The translations under genes and the position numbers were made by a program. From Horticoccus luteus (GTDB lineage Bacteria; Verrucomicrobiota; Verrucomicrobiia; Opitutales; Opitutaceae), in NCBI RefSeq assembly GCF_019464535.1, contig NZ_CP080507.1:630001-662000 (forward strand): 32,000 nt of DNA. Direction: 5' to 3'. Of this stretch, positions 25,301 through 32,000 are shown one piece after another. Numbering within the stretch: the first letter of the stretch is position 1; the number at the start of each line of letters is the position of its first letter. The notes under the pieces were generated by a model. The model ran no database searches. It was given only the letters and a program-made list of their open reading frames with translations, and was not told the DNA's origin.

Positions 25301-28300
25301 CGGCGCAAACGTGCCCGCGGGGATTTATGATGCGGTCGCGGTGGTGGCGGGAAATTTTTACGCCCTGGCGTTGCGGGCGGATGGGACGGTGGTCAGCTGG
25401 GGCTCTAGTTATGGCGGAGCGGCGCAGGTGCCCGCTGGCCTCACCAATGTGATCGGCCTGGCGGGGGGCAGCTCGCAGTCCTATGCGTGGCGCGCCGACG
25501 GGACCGTGGTGGGTTGGGGCCAGCCGTCGGGCGAGATGAACGTGCCGCAGGGGCTTTCCGACGTGATCGCTTTGGCGGCGGGGGATTTTCATGTGCTCGC
25601 TTTGCGGGGCGATGGCACGGTCGTGGCGTGGGGCAACGCGACGCAAGGAGCCCAAGCCGTCCCCGCGGGACTGGCTCACGTCACGGCGATCGCGGCGGGT
25701 CGCGCGCATTCGCTCGCTCTGAAATCCGATGGCACGGTGACGGGCTGGGGATCGAATGCGTGGGGACAGGCCACCCCGCCGGCCGGGCTTAAGCAAGTGG
25801 TGGCGATCGCGGCGGGTGGCGATCTTTCCGTGGCGTTGAAACGCGATGGCACGGTGGTCACGTGGGGTCTCGGGGCGGCGGATATCACCAGGCCGCCGCA
25901 GGGGCTGACCGACGTGGTCAAGATTGCCGCGGGCAATGCCTTCGCGCTGGCCGTGCGCGCGAATGGGAGCGTCACGGCCTGGGGCTACGATACGAGCCTC
26001 GCGGTGAGCACGGCACCGGCGTTGCGCGACGTGGTCAACGTCGCCGGCGGATATGACTTCGGGCTGGCCCTGCGCATGGCCGCCAACGATCCCGCACCGG
26101 TGATCACCGCTCAGCCCATTCCCGCCACAGCTGTGGAGGGCTCGTCGGCGACGTTAAACATTGCAGTCAAGGCCGGCGATTCCTCTCCCGTGTTTGAGTG
26201 GAGGAAAAACGGCGTTTCGCTCGGTCAGTCGATTCAGTCGCAGCTCACGCTGACGAACATCACGCCAGCGGATGCGGGCGGCTATTCGGTCGTCGTGACC
26301 AACAGTGGCGGCTCGGTGACGAGCGAGGCGGTGGCTTTGACCGTGGTGCCGCTGCCGAGGATCGTGCGGCCGGCGAAACCGCGGCAGCTTTTGCGCGCGG
26401 GGGAGCCGCTGACGCTGGCGATCGCGGCGGAAGGCACCGGGACTTTGCACTACCAGTGGTTCCGCAACCGGCGGCCGATCGACGGAGCCACTCAGGCGAG
26501 TTACGTGCGGCCGTCGTGCACGGTGGCGGACAAGGGACTTTATTGGGTGGAGGTCAGCGACGATGTCGGCCTGCGGCGGAGCCGCCTCCTCAGTGTAAGC
26601 GTAGCGCCACAGGTGAGTGCCGTGGTGGCGTGGGGCGATGTGCTGACCTACAATTTGCTGCCCGACAAGGTAACGGATGTAGCCGAGATGGCGGGCGGCA
26701 CCCAGTTCGCGTTCTATTTGCATGCGGATGGCACGGTCAGCGTGGTCGGCAATCCGGGCGTGGCCCACGTGCCGGCCGGACTGGCAGGAGTGGTCGCCAT
26801 CGGAGCGGGCGGTTGGCAAGCGATGGCCGTGAAGGCCGATGGTTCGGTGGTCCAGTGTGGTAGCAACCTATATCCGGCCCCGGCGTACTTGACCGATGTC
26901 GTGGCCGTGGCCGCGGGCAATGGACATTGTCTCGCGTTGCGGGCGGACGGCACCGTGGTCGCATGGGGTGACAACAGAAACAACCAGACCACCGTGCCGG
27001 CGGGTTTGACCAACGTCGTGGCCATTAGCGCCGGGCAGGATTCCTCAGCGGCGGTGACCGCGGACGGCACGCTCTATTGCTGGGGTTACGGAGGTTCATG
27101 GATAGTCACGCGGGATGCCGTCGCGGTGGCGACGGGAACCGATGCCACGCTGGTCCTCAAGAGCGACGGAACGGTCTTTATGCAGAGATACGGATCGCAT
27201 GGGGAGTCGAGCGTGCCGGCGGGGCTCGCGAACGTGGCCGAAGTGGTCGCCGGTTCGCTGCATCTGGTGGCGTTGAAATCCGACGGCACGGTGGTGGCGT
27301 GGGGCCAATCGTCCCTCGGAAAAACCGTGGTGCCCGCCGGTCTCGACCGCGTCGTGGGCATAGCGGCAGGCAGCGATTTTTCGCTCGCCCTGCGCGAGGC
27401 GGCACCGGCGAGTGCGCCCGCGATCGTGACTGCGCCGGTCGGCCAACGCGTGCTGGCGGGACGCTCAGCGGAATTTCGCGTGAGCGTCGTGGGAACGCCG
27501 GCCCTGACTTTCCAGTGGAAAAAGAACGGAGCCGCACTTCCCGGAGAAACGGCGGCGACACTGAAACTAGCGGCCGTGGAGGCTTCCGATGCGGGCGCCT
27601 ACAGCGTCACCGTGACCAATGCGCAAGGCAGCGCGACCAGTGCAGCGGCGACGCTCACGGTCGTGCCGCGTTCCGCATTTGCGGGTAGCTATTTCGGGAC
27701 GTTTGGCTCGGGCGGCGCGTGGGGATTGCACGTGCGCGACGACGGCACGGCGGTGCTGGTCGCGGACTTGCGGAGCCGGCAGAGCGCGCTCGTGGTGGAG
27801 TTCAGCGTGGCGGCGGACGGCACGTTTGACGCACTGGGCGCGGAGATGCGCTCTTCGCTACAAACGCCGGCGGGCGGGCGTTGGGCGGCGGCGCCGCTGG
27901 CAAGCGATTTCTCCCTCACCGGACAGATCGGCGGAAACGGTGCGATCGCCGGCAACCTGACGGGCCTGGGCGAAACGTTCTCGGGCGCGCTCGACGCGGC
28001 GAACGGTGCAGCGCACGCGCGAGCGGGCTATTATACAGCGACGGCGCTCGCGGCTGACGCCGGCGAAACATATCTCGTGATCGGTCCGTCCGGGCAAGCC
28101 GTCGCGGTGGTCACAGCGCCGGGGCGGGTCGAGAGTGCGGCCGGCATCGTCGACGCCGGGGGGCAGTTGGCGGCGACGAGCGGCTCGCACTCTTCGATCA
28201 ACGTTGCGGTGGGTTCGGCTGGAGAAAATGTCAGCGTGAGCGTGCTTCCGGCGGGCGCGGCGGCGGCGATTCGTTACGCGGGATTGTCCGATCGCGTGGC

Positions 28301-29105
28301 GCCGGTGGCGCGGTTCACCAATCTCTCGATTCGCAGCCGCGCTGGAGCGGGATCGCAGACCCTGATTGTCGGTTTCGTGGTCAACGGCGCGGGCACGATG
28401 CCGCTTTTGGTGCGGGGCATCGGTCCCGCGCTGAGCGCGTTTGGCGTCACCAATGCGGTGCCTGATCCGCGTCTGCGATTGTTCGACGCGCACGGGACGG
28501 AAGTGGATGGGAACGACAACTGGAACGGCTCGCTGGCGTTGCGCGACGAGTTCCGGATCGTGGGGGCGTTCGAACCGGCGGCCGACTCCAAGGATGCCGC
28601 GCTTTACTCCGAGCGGCCGGCGGGAGCCTATACGTTCCACGCGGTGACCAATGACGGGACGGAAGGCGTGGCGTTGGCGGAACTGTATGTCGCCGACGCG
28701 GGACCGGGCACCACGGATCTGGTGAACATCTCGGCGCGGACTTACGTGGGCACGGGAGACGATGTGTTGATCGCGGGCTTCGTCGTGGCCGGCAACGCGC
28801 CGAAGCGGTTGTTGATCCGCGGATTGGGGCCGACACTGGCGGGGTATGGCGTGACGGGCGTGCTGGCGAACCCGGTGCTGCGTGTTTTTGAAGGCGGGAC
28901 GGAAATCGCGCTGAACGACGACTGGCAGGGCGGGGCGGACTTGAAGGCCGCGTTTGCGACGGTGGGGGCGGCGCCGATGGCGAGCGACTCAAGTCAGGAT
29001 GCGGCGTTGCTGATCACGCTGGAGCCGGGAATCTACACGGCACAGGTGAGCGGCGTGAGTGGCTCCGCGGGGGTGGCGTTGGTGGAAATCTTCGCGCTGC
29101 CGTGA
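19350..29105 (+). CDS. giant secreted metzincin-type zinc metalloprotease with PPC domain, five Ig-RCC1 propeller-Ig super-repeats and a tandem C-terminal module
   Basis: ATG at 19350; TTG at 19326 and ATG at 19362 are alternatives. Signal/anchor: FRRVILIIVVVLAVGLLG. Metzincin motif HEVGHNLGLTHD starts at 20364. Approximate modules:
- 20578-20970: pre-peptidase C-terminal-like domain (DSDVFAFTA...GRYYVRVSATG).
- 20975-27665: five units of Ig-like domain, seven RCC1-like blades of about 39 aa (WGxNxxGQxxVPxxLxxVVAVAAGxxHxLALxxDGTVxx), then an Ig-like domain.
- 27665-28290: Ala/Gly-rich unassigned region.
- 28314-29102: two copies of the same C-terminal module as the M4 protease. Confidence 0.85.
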   Translation: MSPAMFRRVILIIVVVLAVGLLGRWLSHRTGGGPTSPMAAAKNDAGSAALPAAKGTPNSRVDEKQPAASANWTSFPVFGAHGAVTLSDIPAGRFHDQVARLAAGPQARTLHQLETLHAPLNDVRSLRVDARGSLYYVCTIPGAQKEAIATTTSSERKAVMEGAMRAAGESPSGSQSYAAAAGAAVPVSAPPIRHSRPGAENVIYLNFSGYTVKGTAWNAELAKAEFDCVPYDTDSDPTTFSASEQAAIVAIWQRVAEDYRPFDVDVTTERPAVFTSRTAHALITRNTDVEYKPNPDSDTASGVAYVGVFGGADYQSLSPAFIYWNLLIDVSAIADTISHEVGHNLGLTHDGTATEEYYRGHGIGETSWGPLMGAPNKSNVTQWSKGEYRGANNPQDDIAILTGNLGRRADDAGDNVAAASEMAAGGAGWTAGGVIEANTDSDVFAFTADWPNVAITVSPDRPAGSATGGNLDVVAELLDASGTVVARADPANRTSAIIVQDVAPGRYYVRVSATGTGNPWADSPTGYTSYGSVGGYTIAVVSRPRITPARNVVAPGQAIALEGAVGGGSGLTFRWKKDGTFINGATTATLNVGNAGRGDSGAYTLEITDGNSVTRRGTAFVQVAPAQTELRMWGSNDRGQTAVPADLHTAVSVAAGDDNTLVIEADGTVLGWGLNDSGDMRVPDGLHAVVAVATAGEHALALRADGTVMSWGQADGFSVRGVPADLADVVAVATGGKHNLALKADGTVVAWGGDEKGQTDVPDGLVDVVAVAAGDEHSLALKRDGKVVAWGSNYGGATYVPTGLTNVVAISAAANGSLALKADGTVVFWGIGYNGPSNIPADLAQVSGVALGAEHVIARKGDGTVVGWGSNSFGQTDNSLGLTDVIGVAAGRAHTGALRDASRDHVPTITVGPLTQSVAEGTDVTLSVEASGGGAQLFYQWRKNGEVIAGATTATLALDEVTSAAGGSYDIIVTDWLGRTPSSPAVLTVNPLPGVTSRSNARQVLSPGDTLTLNVAATGAGALHYQWRRNGRVLAGETGATLSKPAMAVADSGTYIVEVTDDWGTRRVPFFVNVMPASTRVVMWGDGGDPALGAVPADLTDAVALAAGYRFSLALRRDGTVVGWGQSNGWGQATPPAGLTDVVAIAGGLYHALALRADGTVVAWGSRGGDALTLPSGLSDVTALAGGSGNSTSLRLNGKVATWGDGGSYGPMPANLRDVIAIASGAYHRLALKSDGTVVAWGSNTRGESTVPAGLSDVTAIAAGGQISLALRADGTVVAWGDKPFPGTQMPTDLKDVVAIAVGSTVAVALKSNGTLVTWGAKVDGANIPAAVTNTLAVAMGTAHGLALCDMSRDTAPVLTTAPADQVVAEGRDATFTVVVNGSAPLSYQWRKDGVPVAGATNATLTIVAAVPSEAGRYDVVATNLRGTVTSPAATLTVRPLPILTSWSPARQRVAQGQSFSLAAAATGTGGLHYEWRHDGRVIPGATAATFERAETSSTDGGLYTVVVTDDVGSRSYVSVVVVAPTATEVRAWGSNGYGQTNVPANLGNVVSVAAAGEHSLALQGDGKVVAWGRNAYGESTVPGALGPVVAIAGGTTFSVAVTDAGRVVAWGDNAAGQLNVPGDLSEVVAVAAGEGFIVALKADGTVRAWGTNRFGESTPPSRLGNVTAIAAGSSNALAVKADGTVIRWGSNDAALDVPADLTDVANVASGGLYAIATKRDGTVASWGGGLAPAPAGTSTVATVAVGPGHALVARTDGSVVGWANSNVPQTTPPANLANVIAVAAGNGHELALRDASGGKAPVILTQPRDQTVVEGTATILSVNASGGPSVLRYQWQKDGAEVAGATTAVLALTNVTGGGSGRYTVVVSNDLGTVTSLAATLTVRLLPVISASSAARLVIAPGQPLALFVTASGTGSLHYQWYKDGSALPGATAATYNKNAAVVTDSGNYWVEVSDEVGVRGSAKMSVLVSGVRTEIRGWGKGVGANVPAGIYDAVAVVAGNFYALALRADGTVVSWGSSYGGAAQVPAGLTNVIGLAGGSSQSYAWRADGTVVGWGQPSGEMNVPQGLSDVIALAAGDFHVLALRGDGTVVAWGNATQGAQAVPAGLAHVTAIAAGRAHSLALKSDGTVTGWGSNAWGQATPPAGLKQVVAIAAGGDLSVALKRDGTVVTWGLGAADITRPPQGLTDVVKIAAGNAFALAVRANGSVTAWGYDTSLAVSTAPALRDVVNVAGGYDFGLALRMAANDPAPVITAQPIPATAVEGSSATLNIAVKAGDSSPVFEWRKNGVSLGQSIQSQLTLTNITPADAGGYSVVVTNSGGSVTSEAVALTVVPLPRIVRPAKPRQLLRAGEPLTLAIAAEGTGTLHYQWFRNRRPIDGATQASYVRPSCTVADKGLYWVEVSDDVGLRRSRLLSVSVAPQVSAVVAWGDVLTYNLLPDKVTDVAEMAGGTQFAFYLHADGTVSVVGNPGVAHVPAGLAGVVAIGAGGWQAMAVKADGSVVQCGSNLYPAPAYLTDVVAVAAGNGHCLALRADGTVVAWGDNRNNQTTVPAGLTNVVAISAGQDSSAAVTADGTLYCWGYGGSWIVTRDAVAVATGTDATLVLKSDGTVFMQRYGSHGESSVPAGLANVAEVVAGSLHLVALKSDGTVVAWGQSSLGKTVVPAGLDRVVGIAAGSDFSLALREAAPASAPAIVTAPVGQRVLAGRSAEFRVSVVGTPALTFQWKKNGAALPGETAATLKLAAVEASDAGAYSVTVTNAQGSATSAAATLTVVPRSAFAGSYFGTFGSGGAWGLHVRDDGTAVLVADLRSRQSALVVEFSVAADGTFDALGAEMRSSLQTPAGGRWAAAPLASDFSLTGQIGGNGAIAGNLTGLGETFSGALDAANGAAHARAGYYTATALAADAGETYLVIGPSGQAVAVVTAPGRVESAAGIVDAGGQLAATSGSHSSINVAVGSAGENVSVSVLPAGAAAAIRYAGLSDRVAPVARFTNLSIRSRAGAGSQTLIVGFVVNGAGTMPLLVRGIGPALSAFGVTNAVPDPRLRLFDAHGTEVDGNDNWNGSLALRDEFRIVGAFEPAADSKDAALYSERPAGAYTFHAVTNDGTEGVALAELYVADAGPGTTDLVNISARTYVGTGDDVLIAGFVVAGNAPKRLLIRGLGPTLAGYGVTGVLANPVLRVFEGGTEIALNDDWQGGADLKAAFATVGAAPMASDSSQDAALLITLEPGIYTAQVSGVSGSAGVALVEIFALP
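20975..27665 (+). repeat. five intragenic tandem super-repeats of ~1.34-1.35 kb (Ig, 7-bladed RCC1-like propeller, Ig)
   Basis: The first-blade Trp codons of successive propellers are at 21246, 22599, 23946, 25287 and 26631. Spacings are 1353, 1347, 1341 and 1344 nt, all multiples of 3. Within each propeller the blade period is about 117 nt. Strings such as gcggatgggacggtggt recur. Confidence 0.85.
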
Positions 29106-29130
29106 GGAGATAGGCGGAGAGCGGAGCGTG

Positions 29131-29175
29131 GAGGTTTAGGCCGGAACTGGTCGGGCGCGAAGGGCTCTAAACCTC
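29131..29175 (+). other. inverted repeat between the giant gene's stop and the next start codon
   Basis: gaggtttag (29131-29139) pairs perfectly with ctaaacctc (29167-29175) across a 27-nt loop. It ends 4 nt before the ATG at 29180. There is no T-tract. Confidence 0.3.
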
Positions 29176-29179
29176 GCGC

Positions 29180-30481
29180 ATGTTGCCCCTCGCCGAAAAC
29201 TCTCCTTCGCTCGCGGACGCCGCCCTGGTCACGCCACGCCCCGAGTCGCCGGCCACGGCGAATTGCCAGTTGCTCTACTTCACTTCTTCCAGCGCCACGG
29301 AGGACGGGGCCGTGCTGGCGGCGATTACGGACGAGTATTCAACGAAGGAGGGCGGAGCGAGTCTCGCGCGCATCGACCGGCAGGCGCACGCGATGGAGCC
29401 GCTCGCGATTTTTGAGGGGCCGGCGGTGCAGGCGTATCCTTATTTCGCGCGGCCGCGCGCGGCGGATCCGGCCAAGGAGTATCTTTACAACGGTCCGGTC
29501 GCGACGCACGGGTTGAACAAATCGAGCCCGTGCCTGCATCCGGCGTCGGGGGATTTGTTTTTCGTGTGGGTGCGTGAGGATGGGTGCAATCAACTCGATT
29601 GCGTGAATCTGCACTCGGGGCTGCGGCGGCAGGTGACGGAGTTTCCGGCGGATCGCACGGTGGCGTATTGTCATCTCGATTGCCTGGGCGCGCATCTGCT
29701 CGTGGCCTTGGCGGATGCGCGGGTGCTGGCTCTGGGCGCGAAGCGGGACAGCAATCGCGGAGTGTCGGAGGCGTTTGGGCGCCTCGGGTTGACGACGCGG
29801 CTCGTGGAGGTGGAGGTGGCGTCGGGCGCGAGCGAAGTGCGTTGGGAAGACCAGGGCTGGGTCACGCACGTGCAATATCATCCGCAGCATCGCGACACCG
29901 TGTTGTTTAATCGCGAATGGACCTGGCCGCTGGGGACGCAGCGCATGTGGCTCAAGCAGCGGGGCGAACCGCCGGTGCAGGTGCGCCGTCCGGAGCGGCC
30001 GGTTCAGTTCCGGGTGTCGCCCGATCTGGCGCTCGACGATGTGGCGCATGAAGTGTGGCAGGAGGACGGCACGGCAATCATCTACCACGGCATGCAGTGG
30101 GACGCGGGCGATTTTCCGGAGCAATTCGTCGGGCGCGCGCCTGTCAATGCGACGGCGCCGTTGCAGGAGATTTCTCTGCCGCGCGAGGTGGTGTCGTTTT
30201 ACGGACATTTCTATCCGAGCGCGACCGGCGATTTCGTGATCACGGATGCCGTGGCGAACGAGCGCGGGCGGGCGCAGCGCAAGGGCAATTTGATTTCGCG
30301 GCTGGACATGGACTGGGTGAACGGGTCGATGCGCGTGACGCCGTTGTGCGAGAGCAACGCGTCGTGGCATACGCAGGACAATCATCCGCATCCGGTGCTC
30401 TCACCCGATGAGAGTGAAGTGTTGTTTACGTCGGACGGCAGCGGCGTGCGGCAGATTTACTCGGTGCCGGTGGCGCCGTGA
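29180..30481 (+). CDS. oligogalacturonide lyase (PL22)-like beta-propeller protein
   Basis: Resemblance from memory to Ogl-type enzymes: HPQHRDTVLF...RMWL, HEVWQEDGTAIIYHG, and the C-terminal SWHTQDNHPHPVLSPDESEVLFTSDGSGVRQIYSVPV (compare THPHPSFTPDDKQILFTSD in enterobacterial Ogl). No signal peptide is evident. Confidence 0.6.
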   Translation: MLPLAENSPSLADAALVTPRPESPATANCQLLYFTSSSATEDGAVLAAITDEYSTKEGGASLARIDRQAHAMEPLAIFEGPAVQAYPYFARPRAADPAKEYLYNGPVATHGLNKSSPCLHPASGDLFFVWVREDGCNQLDCVNLHSGLRRQVTEFPADRTVAYCHLDCLGAHLLVALADARVLALGAKRDSNRGVSEAFGRLGLTTRLVEVEVASGASEVRWEDQGWVTHVQYHPQHRDTVLFNREWTWPLGTQRMWLKQRGEPPVQVRRPERPVQFRVSPDLALDDVAHEVWQEDGTAIIYHGMQWDAGDFPEQFVGRAPVNATAPLQEISLPREVVSFYGHFYPSATGDFVITDAVANERGRAQRKGNLISRLDMDWVNGSMRVTPLCESNASWHTQDNHPHPVLSPDESEVLFTSDGSGVRQIYSVPVAP

Positions 30482-30720
30482 GTTGCAGGATCGCCATCGG
30501 GGCGAGCGCGAGCGGCGAGTAGGGCGGGGCGCTTCGGAGCGCGGCGCGGGTGACCGGGCGAGGAGAGCTGGCGAAGCGTGGGCACACGTGAGGCAGCGGA
30601 CTAGGGCAAGCTTCGAGCGAGGATCGGGCGCGGTTGCCGGTTGAGTCTTGCGGCGGGGAAGGCGGTGCACAGATTGCCGCGAAACCCGCCCTTACCCTGT
30701 TTTGATCGAGCCTTACTCCC

Positions 30721-31494
30721 ATGCTCACTTACGATCAGGTGCAATTGTTTGACCGCGACGGCTACGTGCTCGTGCCGGACGTGTTTACGCCGCAGGAAAT
30801 CGAAATCCTTGTCGCCAACGTGGGTGGCGCCCGCACGAAGAAGCACGAGGGCAACATGCCCGATGCGGCGGGGCGTTCGAGCAAGCTCTCGCTGTGGGCC
30901 GACATCGGCGACGATGTGTTTGGGGCGGTGAGCGCGAGTCCGCGCGTGGTGAACAACGCGCGCATCTTGTTGCGCGAGGAAGTTTATCACTGGCACAGCA
31001 AAGTGATGCTGAAGGAGCCGCGCGTGGGCGGGGCGTGGGAGTGGCATCAGGATTACGGATATTGGTATGGCGACGGCTGTCTCTACCCGCGGATGATCTC
31101 GTGCATGATCGCGCTGGACGCAGCGACGCGCGAGAACGGGTGTTTGAAGGTGATTCCCGGTTCGCATCTGCTCGGGCGTTTCGACCACGGGCGCGTGGGC
31201 CAGCAGGCGGGCGCGGATCAGGAGCGCGTGGCCGCGGTGGCGGAGCGGCTGGGGGTGGTGTATTGCGAAGCTCCCGCGGGAAGCGCGCTGTTTTTCCACG
31301 GCAACACGTTTCATGCGTCCGAGGCGAATCTATCGGACCGGCCGCGGCGCGCTTACATTTGCTGCTACAACGCGTTTTCCAACGTGCCGTATGGCGGCCA
31401 CGGGCACGGGCGGCCGGAGCCGATCGCGGTTGCTCCGGATGATGCGATTTTGCGATTCACCACGGCGAGTGAGCCGACGACGGCGGCGCGGTGA
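30721..31494 (+). CDS. phytanoyl-CoA dioxygenase (PhyH) family Fe(II)/2-oxoglutarate-dependent oxygenase
   Basis: FDRDGYVLVPDVFTPQEIEIL. HxD in WEWHQDYGYW. GCLKVIPGSHLLG. Distal His in FFHGNTFHAS. Confidence 0.8.
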   Translation: MLTYDQVQLFDRDGYVLVPDVFTPQEIEILVANVGGARTKKHEGNMPDAAGRSSKLSLWADIGDDVFGAVSASPRVVNNARILLREEVYHWHSKVMLKEPRVGGAWEWHQDYGYWYGDGCLYPRMISCMIALDAATRENGCLKVIPGSHLLGRFDHGRVGQQAGADQERVAAVAERLGVVYCEAPAGSALFFHGNTFHASEANLSDRPRRAYICCYNAFSNVPYGGHGHGRPEPIAVAPDDAILRFTTASEPTTAAR

Positions 31495-31507
31495 GGAGAC
31501 GCCGCGG

Positions 31508-32000
31508 ATGAATGAAGACGCTCAAGTATTGAGCGCGGCGCTGACGGCGGCCGTGCGGAAGAACTTGGAACCCGCAGCCACGGAGCGGGCGTATCAAGGG
31601 CATTTCACCATCGTGGCCGACGGCCACTGGTTCGGGGCGGAGAACACGTGGCCGGGGCTTGATTCGTGGCAGATGGCGGGCGCGTATTTGTCGCTGGGGC
31701 GCACGCAACTCGTGACCGACTACTTCGCCTACGTGCGCGCCTCGCAGCGGGCGGACGGCAACATCCCCTTCGCGATTTTTGCGACGGAGCCGCCGCCGGA
31801 ACATTTGGCTACGTATTTGAAAGGCCTGCGGCTGACCGAGGACGCGTTTACTTACCCGGTGAAAGGTGGCGGCGGGGAGCGAACGTGGGTTGGACTGTTC
31901 AGTCATTGGATCGCGGGGATCAATCCGCTCGGGGCGCTGGGCGCGACCTGCTACCTGTTGATGGCCGATGAAATTTTCGCGACGACGGGCGACTTGGCGT
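31508..32000 (+). CDS. partial CDS (3' end beyond window), possibly an (alpha/alpha)6-barrel glycosidase-like protein
   Basis: By my own translation, the ATG at 31508 opens a frame with no stop to the window end: MNEDAQVLSAALTAAVRKNLEPAATERAYQGHFTIVADGHWFGAENTWPGLDSWQMAGAYLSLGRTQLVTDYFAYVRASQRADGNIPFAIF.... It is absent from the ORF track, presumably because it is open-ended. The functional guess rests only on the W-G-LDSWQ...ADGNIPF pattern. Confidence 0.5.
   Translation, partial: MNEDAQVLSAALTAAVRKNLEPAATERAYQGHFTIVADGHWFGAENTWPGLDSWQMAGAYLSLGRTQLVTDYFAYVRASQRADGNIPFAIFATEPPPEHLATYLKGLRLTEDAFTYPVKGGGGERTWVGLFSHWIAGINPLGALGATCYLLMADEIFATTGDLA

Noticed and set aside
19569-27688. Long ORFs overlapping the giant gene in other frames or on the other strand: 19569-21293(-), 21378-22421(-), 22427-24280(+), 23508-24860(-), 25041-25796(-), 26154-26819(-), 26198-26863(+), 27077-27688(+)
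   Set aside because: All are Arg/Gly/Pro/His-rich with no recognisable motifs. The 19350-29105 frame has coherent domain structure throughout, so these are GC-driven artefacts of a stop-poor sequence.
1-32000. Search for tRNA, rRNA, tmRNA or riboswitch-like elements
   Set aside because: I saw no cloverleaf-like or rRNA-like segments in the intergenic regions by eye. This cannot be excluded without tRNAscan or Infernal.

Overview
High-GC bacterial chromosomal window, well above 60% GC by eye in the core genes, with lower-GC islands. Protein content suggests a Verrucomicrobiota/Opitutales-like Gram-negative, but I cannot verify this.

Left to right:
- An ECF sigma / zf-HC2 anti-sigma pair.
- A Tat-exported MBL-fold hydrolase.
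- A 1398-aa secreted M4 (thermolysin-like) protease with a long C-terminal extension.
- A PhyH-family dioxygenase divergent from an AraC regulator.
- A LapA-like small membrane protein.
- A TrmH/SpoU RNA methyltransferase carrying an in-frame REP-like insertion.
- A Gfo/Idh/MocA-aldo/keto reductase fusion.
- Two uncharacterised envelope proteins.
- An IS481-like insertion sequence.
- A 5'-truncated RHS toxin fragment with a translationally coupled, low-GC immunity candidate.
- A ~3250-aa secreted metzincin built from five Ig-RCC1 propeller-Ig super-repeats.
- A PL22-like oligogalacturonide lyase homologue, a second PhyH-family dioxygenase and a partial CDS at the right edge.

Most worth a second look:
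1. The orphan RHS cassette, whose 340-aa C-terminal domain has an HSHP motif and which has a membrane-anchored immunity candidate.
2. A tandem ~125-135-aa C-terminal module shared by the two giant proteases, both ending in ALP-COOH.
3. The five-propeller architecture of the giant protein.
4. A REP-like hairpin element found as 75-bp-spaced pairs, once intergenic and once inside the methyltransferase reading frame.

No rRNA, tRNA or CRISPR array was seen. Many long ORFs in the track are GC-driven shadow ORFs and were rejected.
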